A stretch of DNA of 62,266 nucleotides, filler included, from Actinomycetota bacterium (GTDB taxonomy: Bacteria > Actinomycetota > CADDZG01 > JAHWKV01 > JAOPZY01), in NCBI GenBank assembly GCA_025963875.1. It is 8 parts of 8 records of this genome, joined end to end, with 100 filler letters (N's around TTAATTAATTAA, not from the genome) between each part and the next. Parts side by side here need not be neighbours in the genome. Positions count along the whole stretch, not along the records: positions 7,409 to 35,384 come from JAOPZY010000133.1; 7 more parts are not named here. One strand, 5' to 3'. The notes beneath the pieces were generated by a model that saw only the letters and a list, made by a program, of their open reading frames with translations, had not been told where the DNA came from and ran no database searches. Position numbers and translations under genes: made by a program. This document shows, piece after piece, positions 9,978 through 19,338 of the stretch. Position 1 is the stretch's first letter. The number at the start of each line of letters is the position of its first letter.

Positions 9978-10889
9978 ATGAATGCATCTGCGCGACGGGA
10001 CCGAGCCCGGCACGGCATGGGGGGTGACACCCTCGCCCGAGTGGTCGTGGCGTGCCTGGTGGTCCTGATCCTGGTTGGTCTCGTCGTCGCTGTGGTGCTT
10101 GTCGTACGGGACCGGAAAACCCAGCTCGCCGGACCCGTCGGCCAGAGTTCCGTGACGCAGGCCGTGACGCCTGCAGGGTCGCCGACTACCGTGACGCCTA
10201 CTGCCGCGACGAGTGTGTCTCCGAGCCCGGGCACGACGCCGGCTCCGGCGACCGATCTCGACGCAGTCGCCGCCGCCGTCGATCCGGGGGTGGCGGACCT
10301 GACCATCAAACGCGCCGACGGTTCGGTGTCCGCAGGGACGGGTATCGTCCTGACTCCGAACGGCGAGGTCCTGACCAACGACCACGTGATCGAGGGGGCC
10401 CTCACCATCACGGCCACGGTCGGAGGCGCCGGCGGGCTCCGCACCTTCACGGGGACGGTCCTGGGCGACGACGACGACCACGACATCGCCCTCATCCAGC
10501 TCCAGGGTGCCTCCGGCCTCCACGTGCCGGTGCTCGGGACCACCGCCACCGTCTCGCCAGGTGAGCAGGTGGTCGCCCTGGGTCATGCCGTCGAGGCTGG
10601 AGGCGGGCCGGCCACGATCCCGGGCATTGTGCTCGCCCTCGACCAGACGATCCCGGCGGTGGACCGAGACAGCCCGGTGAAGACGCTCACGGGCGTGATC
10701 GGGATCGTCGCCCTGGACCAGCCTTCGGACATGGGCGGACCCGTCGTCAACGCCGCGGGGCAGGTTATCGGCGTGAATGTTGCTGCGGCAGTGATACAGG
10801 GGCCGGCCTCGGTGCCGGTCGCCTATGCGATCCCGATCAACTCGGCGCTGCAGTCGGCCGAGCAGATCCGGGAAGGGAAGACACGATAG
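9978..10889 (+). CDS. Membrane-anchored trypsin-like (HtrA/S1C) protein, no PDZ, catalytic Ser absent
   Basis: N-terminal TM, Pro/Thr linker, GTGIVLTPNGEVLTNDHV, HDIALI; PSDMGGP replaces PGDSGGP. Confidence 0.85.
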   Translation: MNASARRDRARHGMGGDTLARVVVACLVVLILVGLVVAVVLVVRDRKTQLAGPVGQSSVTQAVTPAGSPTTVTPTAATSVSPSPGTTPAPATDLDAVAAAVDPGVADLTIKRADGSVSAGTGIVLTPNGEVLTNDHVIEGALTITATVGGAGGLRTFTGTVLGDDDDHDIALIQLQGASGLHVPVLGTTATVSPGEQVVALGHAVEAGGGPATIPGIVLALDQTIPAVDRDSPVKTLTGVIGIVALDQPSDMGGPVVNAAGQVIGVNVAAAVIQGPASVPVAYAIPINSALQSAEQIREGKTR

Positions 10890-10896
10890 GAGGCGG

Positions 10897-12561
10897 ATGC
10901 TCACGCAACCAGATGGCGCCGGCGAAGAGGCGGGCGACAAGGTAGCCGAAAAAGTAAAGGAGGGCCTGCAGGCGGTCTCCGTCGCCCAGGCGGCCCTCCC
11001 CAGCCTCCAGGCCGCCCTGGCCGCCGGCCGCGCACCCAGCGCCGACGATCTCGCCAAGCTGACGAACGTCGCTCCCTCTCTCTCCGAGGCTGCCGGTGTC
11101 CTCGGCCTTGATCCCGGACGAGCAACCATCGACGACCTCAAGGCGGAGGTGGCCGCTCGCGAGAGCTCCGTTCGCCTTCGGCCCGTTCTCCAGCGCCTCG
11201 CCCATGCCACCGGCCCGCCGGCAGCCGCACCCGGCCTGGCCACCCTGGCCGACGAGGCCGTCAGCCTCGCCGGGAAGGCCGCCTGGTCGTCGACCGACGA
11301 GGAGAGGGCATTGACGCTCGCCCACCTCGTCGACCTGGCCGACATGGCGGTTGGTCATCCTGACGACGACCAGCACATCCTCTCCCTGGATGCAGACCTC
11401 CGTCGCGCGCTCGGCCCCCCCGCTGCTCCTGTGGTGCTGGCTGCGGTCCGGGGACTGCTCGTTCTTCCCCCCACCGCCGAGCCAGCGTCGAATGTGGTCA
11501 GCATGGCTCAGGGCCCCGCAGTGTCCCCGCGGCCTGTGCCGAGCGCAACAGAGCGGGAAAAACCCCTACTCAAGCCGGTGGATCGTGAGAACCCGGTGGC
11601 GGCCGTTCCAGCCAGCCCCGAGGTGATCCGCACCTTCGACCTGACGAAGAAGTATCCGGGCATGGACGTCCCAGCCGTCGACCGGCTGAACCTGACGGTC
11701 TGCGCAGGCGAGATCTTCGGTCTGCTGGGACCGAACGGGGCCGGCAAGACCACGACGGCCGGCATGTTGACGACCCGGGTGATCCCCACTTCGGGGAAGG
11801 CCATTGTCGGCGGGATCGACGTCGTCGCCCATCCCGCCCTCGCGAAGCAGGCCCTCGGCGTGGTCACCCAGCAGAACACCCTCGACCGGTCGCTGAACGT
11901 GTGGGAGAACCTCTACTACCACGGGCTCTATTTCGGGATGTCCCATCGAGCCTCACGGGCAGCGGCGGACAGTCTCCTCGCCAAGTTCCACCTTGCGAAA
12001 TGGGCTAAATCTCCGGTCTTCGCGCTCTCCGGCGGGATGGCGCAGCGGCTCATGGTCGCCCGGGCAATCCTGCACCGTCCCCGGATCCTCTTCATGGATG
12101 AGCCGACGGCCGGTCTCGACCCCCAGAGTCGACTCGCCCTCTGGGACATCTTGTCCGAGCTCCATGCCGAGGGCCAGACGATCCTGCTCACGACGCACTA
12201 CATGGAGGAAGCGGACCAGCTCTGCGACCGGGTGGCGATCATGGATCACGGCAAGGTGCTCGCGCTCGATACCCCGGCGGGCCTCAAGTCCTCGCTGGGC
12301 GCTGAAACCATTGTCACCGTCAGCGCCGAGGGGGACCTCGACGCCCTCGCCGGCATTCTCCGCCGGGACGTCGAGGGCGTGACCCAGACCCAGCGAATGG
12401 ACTCGACTGTCCTGCTGCACGTGAGGGGAGCGTCCGGCGTGCTGCCGCAGGTGGTGACATCGGCCGAGCGGGGCGGCTTCGCCGTGAGTGACCTGTCCGT
12501 CGCCGAACCGACCCTCGAGACCGTGTTCATTCACCTCACCGGGAAGGAGCTGCGCGACTGA
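10897..12561 (+). CDS. ABC-2 type (DrrA/NodI-like) ATPase with N-terminal extension
   Basis: AGGAGG SD; Walker A GPNGAGKT, signature LSGGM, Walker B FMDEP, LTTHYMEEA, PTLETVFIHLTG tail. Confidence 0.92.
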   Translation: MLTQPDGAGEEAGDKVAEKVKEGLQAVSVAQAALPSLQAALAAGRAPSADDLAKLTNVAPSLSEAAGVLGLDPGRATIDDLKAEVAARESSVRLRPVLQRLAHATGPPAAAPGLATLADEAVSLAGKAAWSSTDEERALTLAHLVDLADMAVGHPDDDQHILSLDADLRRALGPPAAPVVLAAVRGLLVLPPTAEPASNVVSMAQGPAVSPRPVPSATEREKPLLKPVDRENPVAAVPASPEVIRTFDLTKKYPGMDVPAVDRLNLTVCAGEIFGLLGPNGAGKTTTAGMLTTRVIPTSGKAIVGGIDVVAHPALAKQALGVVTQQNTLDRSLNVWENLYYHGLYFGMSHRASRAAADSLLAKFHLAKWAKSPVFALSGGMAQRLMVARAILHRPRILFMDEPTAGLDPQSRLALWDILSELHAEGQTILLTTHYMEEADQLCDRVAIMDHGKVLALDTPAGLKSSLGAETIVTVSAEGDLDALAGILRRDVEGVTQTQRMDSTVLLHVRGASGVLPQVVTSAERGGFAVSDLSVAEPTLETVFIHLTGKELRD

Positions 12562-12982
12562 CCACTACCGGCAGCCGGTCGCCCACGAAGTAGGCCCATC
12601 CCTTCCGGTGGTCGGCGGCATGGTGCGCCGGCAGGTCGGAGTGGCGCAGGACCAGCAGCGTCCCACCGCTCTCGGGCGTCAGCGTGACCTCGACGCGGGT
12701 CGACCCTGGTGGGAGCGGCCCTGCCGGGGCGTTGCCTTCCCACCCGAAGGTGAACACAAGCCGCCGGGGTGGGTCGAGCTCGACGAAGGTACCGCGCATC
12801 ACGGGGCCGTGCCCCACGACGACGCGAAACAGGCCACCCGGCTCGGCCACCACCTCGGCGTCGGTCGCCCACCACTCGACGAGACGCTGCGGCTCGGTCC
12901 AGAACTTCCAGACGGTTTCCGGCGGCGCGGCGATGCGCACGGTCTGCTCGATGGTGGTCGTCTCTCCGGTGGTCTCGCTCAA
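12536..12982 (-). CDS. SRPBCC/AHSA1-family protein
   Basis: IAAPPETVWKFWT, PPRRLVFTFGWEG, GTLLVLRH, HRKGW. Confidence 0.9.
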   Translation of the reverse strand: MSETTGETTTIEQTVRIAAPPETVWKFWTEPQRLVEWWATDAEVVAEPGGLFRVVVGHGPVMRGTFVELDPPRRLVFTFGWEGNAPAGPLPPGSTRVEVTLTPESGGTLLVLRHSDLPAHHAADHRKGWAYFVGDRLPVVVSRAAPSR

Positions 12983-12989
12983 GGGACAC

Positions 12990-13349
12990 TCATTCTCCGT
13001 CGTGGCCGGATTCCCGGCGGGCCGCCTGCTCGGCGGCCTGCTTGAGCCTGGCCAGCCGGTCGGCCCACATCTCGTCGATGAACCGCCACACCTCGGCCAA
13101 CCCCTCCGTCCGCGCTCGGTAGAGGCGGTGGTTGCCGTTGGGGCGGATGCTCACCAATCCGGCTTCGTGCAGGACCCGCAGGTGCTGCGACACCGCCGGC
13201 CGGCTCATCCCGGGGAATGCCGCCGCCAGGTCCCCGGCGGCCCGCTCGCCGTCGCGCACCAGACGGAGAAGCCCACGCCGGGTCCCATCGGCGAGGGCGT
13301 GCGCCACCGCGTCGATGCGCTCGTCGCCTTGTGCGGCAGGGGAAAGCAT
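12990..13349 (-). CDS. ArsR/SmtB family regulator
   Basis: ALADGTRRGLL, SRPAVSQHLRVLHEAGLV; typical ArsR-SRPBCC pair. Confidence 0.92.
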   Translation of the reverse strand: MLSPAAQGDERIDAVAHALADGTRRGLLRLVRDGERAAGDLAAAFPGMSRPAVSQHLRVLHEAGLVSIRPNGNHRLYRARTEGLAEVWRFIDEMWADRLARLKQAAEQAARRESGHDGE

Positions 13350-13367
13350 GTAAGAATTCTCTTACAT
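13348..13367. promoter_or_regulatory. Palindromic operator, probably ArsR autoregulatory
   Basis: ATGTAAGA-attc-TCTTACAT overlapping the arsR start codon. Confidence 0.65.
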
Positions 13368-13407
13368 AGATGGCGCCGGCGCAAGCCGGGCCACGAAGGG
13401 AGGACCC

Positions 13408-14103
13408 ATGGACCTGATGGCCGAACCCACCGTCGCCAGCCGCGAGGAATGGCTCAGCGCCCGGTTCGAACTGCTCCAGGCGGAGAAGGAGCTGACCCGC
13501 CGTCGCGACGAGCTGAGCCGCCAGCGGCGGGCACTGCCATGGGTCCGCATCGACAAGCCCTACGAGTTCGACACCACCGACGGGCCCCGCTCGCTCCCCG
13601 ACCTGTTCGACGGGCGCAGCCAGCTGCTCGTCTACCACTTCATGTTCGGTCCCGACTGGGACGAGGGCTGTCCGAGCTGCTCGTTCTGGGCCGACAACTT
13701 CGACGGCATCGGTGTGCACCTCGCCCACCGCGACGTGACCTTCCTCGCCGTGTCCCGGGCACCGCTCGACCGGCTCATGGCCTACCGCAGCCGCATGGGC
13801 TGGACGTTCCCGTGGGTGTCGGCGCTGGGGAGCGACTTCAACATGGACTTCGGCGTCTCGCAAGCCTCGACCTACAACTACGTCCCGGCCGCAAGCCCGG
13901 AAGAGGAGCTACCCGGTCTGAGCGCATTCGCCCAACGCGACGGCGAGGTGTTCCACACGTACTCCTGCTACTCCCGTGGGCTCGACGCCTTCAACGGCGC
14001 ATACCAGCTGCTCGATCTCACCCCGAAAGGACGCGACGAGGGTGGCCTCCCGCACTCGATGGCATGGCTGCACCGCCACGACGCCTACCCCGACCTCAGC
14101 TAA
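13408..14103 (+). CDS. DUF899 thioredoxin-like protein
   Basis: RRALPWV, DLFDGRSQLLVYHFMFGP, GCPSCS, LLDLTPKGRDE. Confidence 0.93.
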   Translation: MDLMAEPTVASREEWLSARFELLQAEKELTRRRDELSRQRRALPWVRIDKPYEFDTTDGPRSLPDLFDGRSQLLVYHFMFGPDWDEGCPSCSFWADNFDGIGVHLAHRDVTFLAVSRAPLDRLMAYRSRMGWTFPWVSALGSDFNMDFGVSQASTYNYVPAASPEEELPGLSAFAQRDGEVFHTYSCYSRGLDAFNGAYQLLDLTPKGRDEGGLPHSMAWLHRHDAYPDLS

Positions 14104-14971
14104 CGCCGGTTTTGCTTCCTACGGGAAGAACGGGAACGTCGGCTCCGAAGTCAGCGGACCTGCTCACGGCGGCCCACTTCTCGGCCTCCGCTGCGCGCGC
14201 CTGAGAGGCTTTCTCGGCGGACTCGACTGCTGAGGCGCCGAGCAGGAGGCGAAGCGGTGGCTCGTCGAGGCGGACCAGGCCGACGATGATCTTGGCCGCT
14301 CGGGCGGGGTCACCGGCCCACGTGGCGACGGAGGATTCGCGGAAACGGTTCATCGCGCCGACGGTCTCGTCGTACTCCGCCCGGAGGGGCAGGATGCGCA
14401 TGGACGAGCCGCCCCAGTCGGTGCGGAAGCCGCCGGGTTCGATGATCGTGACCTTGATGCCCAACGGCTTCACCTCGTTGGCAAGCACCTCGGAGAAGCC
14501 CTCGACTCCGAATTTCGCAGTCTGGTAGGCACCCAGCCCAGGCGAGCCGCCGACGCGCCCGCCGATGGACGAGAACTGGATGAAGTGGCCCGACCGCTGC
14601 CTGCGCAGCACCGGGAGGGCGGCCTTGGTGACATTGACCACGCCGAAGAGGTTCGTCTCGATCTGGGCGCGAAAGTCGTCATCCGGGAAGTCCTCGATGG
14701 ACGTGGAGTTGGCGTAGCCGGCGTTGTTCACCACGACGTCGAGTGCTCCGAACTCCTCGACCGCCACCTCGACCGCGGCTCGAGCGGCAGCGGCATCCGT
14801 GACGTCGAGCGCGACCGCGCGGACTCGGTCGCCGTACCTCTGCACCAGCTCGTCGAGTTGCTCTGGGCGGCGGGCGGTCGCGACCACGTTGTCCCCGTCG
14901 TCGAGCGCCGCCTTGGCCAGCTCCAACCCGAGACCGCGGGAGCTACCGGTGATGAGCCACGTCTTCGTCAT
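14096..14971 (-). CDS. SDR family oxidoreductase
   Basis: TGSSRGLG, VNNAG, YQTAK. Confidence 0.95.
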   Translation of the reverse strand: MTKTWLITGSSRGLGLELAKAALDDGDNVVATARRPEQLDELVQRYGDRVRAVALDVTDAAAARAAVEVAVEEFGALDVVVNNAGYANSTSIEDFPDDDFRAQIETNLFGVVNVTKAALPVLRRQRSGHFIQFSSIGGRVGGSPGLGAYQTAKFGVEGFSEVLANEVKPLGIKVTIIEPGGFRTDWGGSSMRILPLRAEYDETVGAMNRFRESSVATWAGDPARAAKIIVGLVRLDEPPLRLLLGASAVESAEKASQARAAEAEKWAAVSRSADFGADVPVLPVGSKTGVS

Positions 14972-15576
14972 GAGGTCTCCTCCTTCGTTGGGGTGGTCAG
15001 GCGGCGAACCGCCTCGACGACGGCGGACCGGCGCGCGTCGAGTTGATCTTCACTGAGTGCTGCGGGGGCGTAGGGGCTCGCTTCCATCCACGCGCTGGCG
15101 AGGGCCATCGTGAACGCGTAGACGTCCTCGGGGGTGAATCCCGACGTGAGACGACGACCGGCTTGGGCACGCGCAATGGACTCCGTCTTCATACGGACGG
15201 AGGCACGCAGCCCCTGCGGCTCGTGGCCTGTGTCGGCGCGCTCCAGCCGGTGCCAGGTGGCAAGCCGGAGCAGGTGGGGATTGGCGACGAGAAAGTCGAA
15301 GAGGCGGCCGGCATAGCCGGGTAGATCCTCGGGCTTGAAGGGCACCTCGTCGAGGACGCGAGCGACGTTGGCGTCCATGACGGCGTCGAACAGCTGGTCC
15401 TTGCTGCCGAAGTACGAGTAGATCAGCGCTCTGTTCGCATTCGCCGCGGCTTCGATGCGGTCAATCCGCGCTCCGGCGATGCCGTGGGCAGCGAACTCTT
15501 CGGTACCTGCCTGCAGGAGGCGTGCCTTGGTGGCCTCCGCGTCGCGGACCTTGGGTCGGGTGAGAGGCTGGGACAT
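14968..15576 (-). CDS. TetR family regulator
   Basis: N-terminal HTH (GARIDRIEAAANANRALIYSYFGSKDQLF); ATGA coupling to the SDR. Confidence 0.93.
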   Translation of the reverse strand: MSQPLTRPKVRDAEATKARLLQAGTEEFAAHGIAGARIDRIEAAANANRALIYSYFGSKDQLFDAVMDANVARVLDEVPFKPEDLPGYAGRLFDFLVANPHLLRLATWHRLERADTGHEPQGLRASVRMKTESIARAQAGRRLTSGFTPEDVYAFTMALASAWMEASPYAPAALSEDQLDARRSAVVEAVRRLTTPTKEETS

Positions 15577-15592
15577 GGCACCAACCTACCAT

Positions 15593-15604
15593 ATAACTGG
15601 TTAT
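15593..15604. promoter_or_regulatory. Probable TetR operator
   Basis: AT-rich palindrome ATAAC-tg-GTTAT immediately upstream of tetR. Confidence 0.5.
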
Positions 15605-15689
15605 TTAGTGCAATGGCGGGCGGCCGCCACCGGCGGTGGCGTATGGTCCACGGAGAGAAACGGGGGCATCAATTCCAAGGAGCGCCTTC

Positions 15690-15920
15690 ATGGACGAGCA
15701 GGACGCGCTGGCCGGACGTTGGGATGCCGGAAACCTCGGGTGCGGCGAGTTGGTCCTGGAGCTGCGTGGACGCCTGGCCGGCTTGTCGCCGGGTTCGCTC
15801 TTCGAGTTGATCGCCAGCGATTCCGGTGCGGTGGAAGACCTCCCGTCGTGGTGCCGCATGACCGGCCACGCGCTGGTCCTGGCACGGCATCCTCGCTACC
15901 TCATCCGAACCCACGCCTAG
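15690..15920 (+). CDS. TusA/SirA-like sulfur carrier
   Basis: DAGNLGCGEL...DSGAVEDLPSWCRMTGH; AAGGAG SD. Confidence 0.85.
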   Translation: MDEQDALAGRWDAGNLGCGELVLELRGRLAGLSPGSLFELIASDSGAVEDLPSWCRMTGHALVLARHPRYLIRTHA

Positions 15921-15950
15921 TCACCTCATCCACCTCTGAAAGGAGTTGTA

Positions 15951-16313
15951 ATGGCCGGAACATTCTGCGTGTCGCTGACCAAGTCCAAGAACGACACCGA
16001 CGGCGCCACGGTGGCGTTCGTGATGGCCAACGCCGCGGCCGGCTCGGAGAAGGAGACGGCGGTCTTCCTCTCCCTGGAGGGGGTACGCCTCGCCGAGGAA
16101 GGCTACGCCGACGACATCCACGAGGAGGGCTTCGCTCCCCTCAAGGAGCTCGTGACCAACTTCGTCGGCGCCGGCGGCATCGTCTGGGTGTGTTCGCCCT
16201 GCTTCAAGAAGCGTGGCCTCGACGAGACGAAGCTGATCAAGGGAGCCATGATGGTCGGCGGTGCCAAGCTGGTGGAGTTCCTGTCCGCCGGCGCCCCCTG
16301 CGTCACCTACTGA
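15951..16313 (+). CDS. DsrE-family protein
   Basis: ATVAFVMANAA, VFLSLEGV, VCSPCFKKRG; AAGGAG SD. Confidence 0.88.
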   Translation: MAGTFCVSLTKSKNDTDGATVAFVMANAAAGSEKETAVFLSLEGVRLAEEGYADDIHEEGFAPLKELVTNFVGAGGIVWVCSPCFKKRGLDETKLIKGAMMVGGAKLVEFLSAGAPCVTY

Positions 16314-16364
16314 CAAAAAGGCCCTTTGGCGATCGTTTGGCACAAAGTTCGACGTCGTCGTGAT

Positions 16365-17816
16365 CTACGGCGACGAGGCCGGCCCTGGGGAGGGAGTCAG
16401 CGGAAGAACCAGGGCGGGTCTCGGCGTCTGGGCGAAGTCGAAATCGGCCATGAGGTTGCCAAGCTGCGGAGCGTTCTCCCGGACGTCGGGCCGGGGATCG
16501 GGCCTGCCGTCGGTGGCCGGGTCGAGCCGCTTGCCGCCGAGGAACAGGTCCTCGATGAACTTCACGTAGGCGTCGTGCGACAGCACCTGGTGGTCGATCG
16601 TCCCCGACTTGGCCCACGGGCTGATGACGATGCCCGGCACCCGCAGGCCGTAGCCGTTCTGGTCCACGACCGGCGGCACCACGTGGTCGTAGAAGCCGCC
16701 CCAGTCGTCCCAGGACAGGAAGATGGCGGTGCTCGACCAGTCGGGGCCCTGCATCGCGGCGTTGACCAGGCTCGTCACCCACGTCTGTCCGGTGTCGACC
16801 CGGGCCGGCGGGTGCTCGCTGTTGGGCCCGCTCGGGGTGATCCACGTCACCGCCGGGAGGGTGCCGGCTCTGGCGTCCTTGTAGTAGTTGGTCACGTCGG
16901 TGACGTTGGCGAGCTGGCCGTCCTGCTTGACGGTGGCGAAGAAGGGCAGCGGGTTCCAGATGCCCGGCGTCTTGGCGTTCTGGTTCACGGGCGGGCAGTC
17001 CGCAGCGTCGTTGGCGCAGTCCGGCTCGACCCCCGTCTGCACGTAGTACTTCCAGCTCACGCCGCCCTTGTAGAGGAGATAGCTGAGATCGGTCCACGAG
17101 TAGTTCGGGGTCCCCTTGCGGTCCGCCTGGGCCTGGAAGTCCGGGGGGAACCCGGGGTTCTGGAGGGCGTTGCGGCAGCTCTGCGGGGAGACGGTGGCGC
17201 AGTAGGCCGACCACTCGGACACGAGAAAGAGGTGCTGGGGTAGCGACCACGAGGCGTTCGGCTCGAACAGGTGGTCCTGGAGGAGGTAGTGGCTCGCATA
17301 CGCCCAGTAGTTCGGGATCTCCCTGGCGTCGTGGTAGCCCATGACGTCCTGCGCCCCGATGGAGCAGTCGGGCGAGTTCACATTGACGCAGTTCCTCTTC
17401 CCGTTCACGGCCTGCGCGATGAAGCCGTCCATCTTCCCGCCGTCGATGTCGGTGGTTGCATTGGTCGCCCCGTGGGGGCCGCCGCCGTTGACCTCGGCGG
17501 CGTCGTGGAAGAGGGAGACGCACGTCCCGGTGGTCGGGTTGTTCACGCACACCGTGAACGTGCCCCCGGTAGCCGGCAGCCCGTCGGCGCCGGGATAGGT
17601 GCCGAAGTAGGAATCGAAGGACCGGTTCTCCTGCATGATGATGATCACGTGGCTGATCTTCCCGGCCGCCTGCGTCGCGGTGGGGGCCGGGCTCCCCGAG
17701 GCGGCTGCGGACGCGGACGGCGTTGCACTCGGTACGGCCGCCGGACGGCTGGGCGTCGAGGTCCAACCTGCCGCCAGCAGCGCGAGCACCGCCGCGAGCA
17801 CCACGATCCGCTTCAT
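16365..17816 (-). CDS. Phosphoesterase/phospholipase C family secreted enzyme
   Basis: [45 protein letters not shown]; signal peptide from ATG 17816. Confidence 0.92.
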   Translation of the reverse strand: MKRIVVLAAVLALLAAGWTSTPSRPAAVPSATPSASAAASGSPAPTATQAAGKISHVIIIMQENRSFDSYFGTYPGADGLPATGGTFTVCVNNPTTGTCVSLFHDAAEVNGGGPHGATNATTDIDGGKMDGFIAQAVNGKRNCVNVNSPDCSIGAQDVMGYHDAREIPNYWAYASHYLLQDHLFEPNASWSLPQHLFLVSEWSAYCATVSPQSCRNALQNPGFPPDFQAQADRKGTPNYSWTDLSYLLYKGGVSWKYYVQTGVEPDCANDAADCPPVNQNAKTPGIWNPLPFFATVKQDGQLANVTDVTNYYKDARAGTLPAVTWITPSGPNSEHPPARVDTGQTWVTSLVNAAMQGPDWSSTAIFLSWDDWGGFYDHVVPPVVDQNGYGLRVPGIVISPWAKSGTIDHQVLSHDAYVKFIEDLFLGGKRLDPATDGRPDPRPDVRENAPQLGNLMADFDFAQTPRPALVLPLTPSPGPASSP

Positions 17817-18063
17817 GGGACGGAGCTTAGCCCCGGAACTTAGTCCCCTATCGCGCGCCCGGGCGCGCTGCGCGCCTGACGTCGGGCGCATACCCGTTGC
17901 CTGCGCAACACATCTCCGGAGAGAGCGCGACGAGCTGCTGGATGGTCTCGGTGCGTACGTGCCCCTCCATGCGGATGCGCTGAGGGAGGGCGATGCCAGG
18001 GGTGGCCGACGCGTCCGGGCGCAATAGCGCGGTAGGACAAGCACCCTTTCGACCGGGGCGCAC

Positions 18064-18290
18064 ATGGCGGCCCATGGGCTGAGCGCACCGGCCTATGCCG
18101 CGAACGCAGCCGGGCTGGCCGCGCCCGACGATTCGGCCCCCGTCGCGGACGACGTGCGGTGGGCGCTCAGTCGCGCTTCGCCAGCCGTTCGGGACGTCCT
18201 ACGGCGATTGCCGGCCCGGACACGCGCCGGGGGCATGCTCGGGGGGCTGATCAGCGACACGCAGACCAGCGTCACAGGCGACCACCGGAA
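18064..18290 (+). pseudogene. Possible C-terminal remnant of an Imm5-like protein
   Basis: [24 protein letters not shown]...VRWALSRASPAVRDVLRRLP resembles the actinobacterial Imm-5-like C-terminus (from recall); no N-terminal part found. Confidence 0.4.
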
Positions 18291-18302
18291 CCAGTACCCC
18301 GG

Positions 18303-19223
18303 TTAGAGGTCGCCTCGGCCGAGCTGTTCCAACACATGGGCCGGATTGACGAGCGTCTGGTCGGAGATGGCGTCGACGAACGCCTCGGTGATCGGGTCGG
18401 GGCGTACGCGTGTATACACCGACAGCCTGCGTTCCACTGGCGGGTCGGGATGCAGCATGATGCCATCGAACTGAGGTGGAACGACGTTGCCCGGCAGCAG
18501 TGTGATCCCCAGACCCGCCAGGCAGAGGTTCAGCGCCGATGGGGCTTGCTCGGTCCGTACCGCGACCTGCGGTTGGAAACCAGCCTGGTCGCATGCCGCA
18601 TTGAGAATGTCTGCGAGGCCACTGGGTGGCGTGTAGTGCACCCAGAGTTGGTCGGCGAGATCACCGATCCGGACCAATGGCGGGATGCCGGGGAGCACGG
18701 TCCCGGCGGCCGCCGTGACCACGAACTTCTCGGCACCGATCTCTCGCGTCGGGCCCGCCCAGCCCTCCGGTGTCGGCCCGACGGCGACGTCCGCCTGCCC
18801 TGCTTCCATCGCCGAAATGAGGTCGTCGCTTCGACGGAACTCGACCAGGCGCACCTGAACGTCCGGGTACTTGGCGCGCCAGATTCGCAGTGCTCCAGGA
18901 AGGATTCCGACGCTGATCGAGAACAGGGTGCCGACGTGCAGCTCACCGGCGTCGATCCCGGAGGCTCGCAACGCCGCAGTCCGAGCCCGCTCGGCATGGG
19001 CCAGACTCGCTCGGGCATGAGGAAGCGCGGTGCGCCCGGCGGGGGTCAGCCGCACGCCTCGGCTCAGGCGTTCGAGAAGCGGGCCGCCAAGTTGGCGTTC
19101 CAAGGCCTGGATCTGATGAGAGAGGCCAGGCTGGCTTACGTGCAGCCGCGCCGCCGCTGTCGTGAAGGAGCCGTCGTCGACCACCGCGACGAAGTACTCC
19201 AGCTGGCGAAGCGACACTGCCAT
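18303..19223 (-). CDS. LysR family regulator
   Basis: LRQLEYFVAV, SFTTAAARLHVSQPGLSHQIQALE. Confidence 0.96.
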   Translation of the reverse strand: MAVSLRQLEYFVAVVDDGSFTTAAARLHVSQPGLSHQIQALERQLGGPLLERLSRGVRLTPAGRTALPHARASLAHAERARTAALRASGIDAGELHVGTLFSISVGILPGALRIWRAKYPDVQVRLVEFRRSDDLISAMEAGQADVAVGPTPEGWAGPTREIGAEKFVVTAAAGTVLPGIPPLVRIGDLADQLWVHYTPPSGLADILNAACDQAGFQPQVAVRTEQAPSALNLCLAGLGITLLPGNVVPPQFDGIMLHPDPPVERRLSVYTRVRPDPITEAFVDAISDQTLVNPAHVLEQLGRGDL

Positions 19224-19237
19224 GCACGAAATTTATC

Positions 19238-19250
19238 ATATCGAGACTAT
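19238..19250. promoter_or_regulatory. LysR-type box
   Basis: ATA-N7-TAT in the AT-rich divergent intergenic region. Confidence 0.5.
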
Positions 19251-19338
19251 CTATCTATTAGACATATGGGTCGTGATCCCTCACTGTGATGACACCGCAC
19301 GTCCGCCGTCACCGAACCGAGCAAGGGAGGACACCCCT

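Noticed and set aside
17817..17850. DosR-like box upstream of the phosphoesterase
   Set aside because: Only one half-site (AGTCCC) matches; too weak.
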